Source: a virus (lineage: Duplodnaviria; Caudoviricetes). Taken from it: DNA of 25,599 bases. The stretch lies in the IMG/VR virus record IMGVR_UViG_3300026189_000026, positions 1 to 25,599 of that record. One strand, given 5' to 3'. Positions 24,109-25,599 of this stretch are shown here, piece by piece. The translations under genes and the position numbers were made by a program. A model generated the notes under the pieces. It made no database searches. It was not told the DNA's origin and saw nothing but the letters and a program-made list of their open reading frames with translations. Numbering within the stretch: the stretch's first letter is position 1; the number at the start of each line of letters is the position of its first letter.

Positions 24109-24792
24109 ATGAAAACTCTCGACCACATGAAACTCTCTGATAAAACTATCTCTCTTCTCAAGAACTTCTCTTCTATTAATCAATCTATTCTTTTCAAAGA
24201 GGGGAATAAATTGCGCACTATTAGTGTAATGAAGAATATCTTAGCAGAGGCAACTGTCTCCGAAGACTTTACTAAAGACTTTGGTGTATATGATCTCAAT
24301 CAATTCCTTAATGGATTGAGTCTATATCAAAACCCAGAGTTAGACTTTAATAATGACGGTTATGTTGTTATGAAGGAAGGAAAATCTCGTTCTAAGTACT
24401 TCTTTGCCGATCCGAATGTAATTGTCTCTCCTCCTGACAAAGATATTTCTCTTCCTAGCGAAGATGTTCGTTTTGAGGTGAGTACCGATCAACTGGACAA
24501 ACTTCTGAAAGCATCTTCTATCTACCAGTCTCCAGATTTATCTGCTATCGGTGAGAATGGTGTGATTAAACTGGTTGTCCGTGACAAGAAGAATGACACA
24601 TCAAACGTTTATTCTGTGATTGTTGGTGAAACTGATAAAGAGTTTTGCTTCAACTTCAAGGTTGAGAACATTAAAATTCTTCCTGGAACTTACGAGGTTG
24701 TAGTATCCCAAAAACTTTTGTCTCGGTTTACTGCAAAGAACAGTGACTTGACTTATTATATTGCTATGGAGCCTGATTCTACTTTTGGATGA
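24109..24792 (+). CDS. g45: DNA polymerase sliding clamp (gp45); start may be 24127
   Basis: MKLSDKTISLLKNFSSINQSI, FGVYDLNQFL, FKVENIKILPG.Y, YYIAMEPDS. Confidence 0.96.
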   Translation: MKTLDHMKLSDKTISLLKNFSSINQSILFKEGNKLRTISVMKNILAEATVSEDFTKDFGVYDLNQFLNGLSLYQNPELDFNNDGYVVMKEGKSRSKYFFADPNVIVSPPDKDISLPSEDVRFEVSTDQLDKLLKASSIYQSPDLSAIGENGVIKLVVRDKKNDTSNVYSVIVGETDKEFCFNFKVENIKILPGTYEVVVSQKLLSRFTAKNSDLTYYIAMEPDSTFG

Positions 24793-25040
24793 ATAAGACA
24801 TTAATTTATATGCGTATATTAGGCAGTTTCTTAGTGGTCTCTGCCTATTTTATTGTTCTGTGGGTTGATGTTGCTGCTGGATCAGCAACTCACCTAGTCG
24901 CAAATGCTGTAACTATTCCATTTTTTGTTAAGATCAAAGGATGGGATGTTGTAATCATGTTATCGTTTTTGTCCTGCATTGACATTAGTAAATTATTATC
25001 ATTAGTACAATGGAACCAGATCTTTATGTTCAGTTCTTAG
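24789..25040 (+). CDS. Small membrane protein with about three hydrophobic helices
   Basis: ILGSFLVVSAYFIVLWV / AAGSATHLVANAVTIPFFV / WDVVIMLSFLSCI; ATGA overlap with g45. Confidence 0.75.
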   Translation: MNKTLIYMRILGSFLVVSAYFIVLWVDVAAGSATHLVANAVTIPFFVKIKGWDVVIMLSFLSCIDISKLLSLVQWNQIFMFSS

Positions 25041-25333
25041 AGAATTGGATACCTGGAATAGGAGAAAGCACCGAACTTCATGATCAACTGCACAAGCACT
25101 TTGATTTGGGATTTAGTGTTAATGACGAAGCAAGATTGCTTGGTTTTCAGTTGGGTCACCATCCCGCAGGACATTTTTTCCATGTAATTATTTTTGCCAT
25201 AATGAGTTTGACGATATATCCTAAAAACTACCGCAACACCTGGAAAGACATTCAAGATTTTTATGACGCCTATTTGTTGGGCAAACGATGGCAATCTGTA
25301 TCTTATTGGTTTATACCCAAAGAAATATTATGA
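25010..25333 (+). CDS. Hypothetical His/aromatic-rich protein with one hydrophobic segment
   Basis: 107-aa ORF overlapping both neighbours; GHHPAGHFFHVIIFAIMSLTIY. Confidence 0.7.
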   Translation: MEPDLYVQFLENWIPGIGESTELHDQLHKHFDLGFSVNDEARLLGFQLGHHPAGHFFHVIIFAIMSLTIYPKNYRNTWKDIQDFYDAYLLGKRWQSVSYWFIPKEIL

Positions 25334-25590
25334 AAGAAATTCTTATTTTTCTCCTGAGTTTCTCAGACATTCTTTTTCTCCCACTCTTGTTTGGATTCTT
25401 GTTGTCGATTGTTCTTGAGATCGCCACGAAGAAACCAGAGTTCGTAGCCTTCCGTAGATTCATGTGGAGGCAAAATTTAATATTTAATTTCTTTTGGTTT
25501 GTGTGCTGGATCACTCTTGCCGTGGTATACTCAAGAGAGATGGGATCAGCAGATTCCTTCAGCGACCCAACTATTCTTTGGAGAGATTAG
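25330..25590 (+). CDS. Small membrane protein with two hydrophobic helices (86 aa)
   Basis: ATG 25330 overlaps the upstream TGA; ILFLPLLFGFLLSIVLEIA and LIFNFFWFVCWITLAVVY. Confidence 0.72.
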   Translation: MKEILIFLLSFSDILFLPLLFGFLLSIVLEIATKKPEFVAFRRFMWRQNLIFNFFWFVCWITLAVVYSREMGSADSFSDPTILWRD

Positions 25591-25599
25591 TGAACATCT

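Noticed and set aside
24109-24138. Near-duplicated ATGAAA(A)CTCTC at the g45 start
   Set aside because: Short, and only creates two possible in-frame starts; no evidence of function

Overview
The window is an AT-rich, densely coding, all plus-strand segment of a T4-like cyanomyovirus. The host is probably marine Synechococcus/Prochlorococcus; this is inferred from gene order and accessory genes. The left half is the late morphogenesis module: a 5'-truncated modular protein, g17 terminase, g18 sheath, g19 tube, g20 portal, g21 protease, g22 scaffold, g23 capsid, g3, uvsY and uvsW, punctuated by NNTAAATA late promoters. The right half holds g55 late sigma factor, g47/g46, an SDR epimerase, an unannotated 58-aa Cys4 protein behind a perfect NtcA box, a metallopeptidase-VWA plus CobS/MoxR AAA+ pair, a DUF3310-like gene, g45 and three small membrane-type ORFs. 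I saw no tRNA, CRISPR array, intron, intein or mobile element. The most interesting signals form a hidden regulatory layer. (1) A late promoter, a structured RNA and a +1-frame ORF are nested inside g46. (2) Back-to-back sigma70 promoters share one palindromic -35 upstream of g55. (3) An NtcA operator in a repressor-like position precedes a small Cys4 gene. (4) GC-rich hairpins are embedded in g17, g20 and g22. (5) Two promoters lacking a -35 share an AACTGTCAC box in front of the VWA-peptidase and AAA+ genes. All family assignments come from motif recognition by eye; no searches or folding programs were run.
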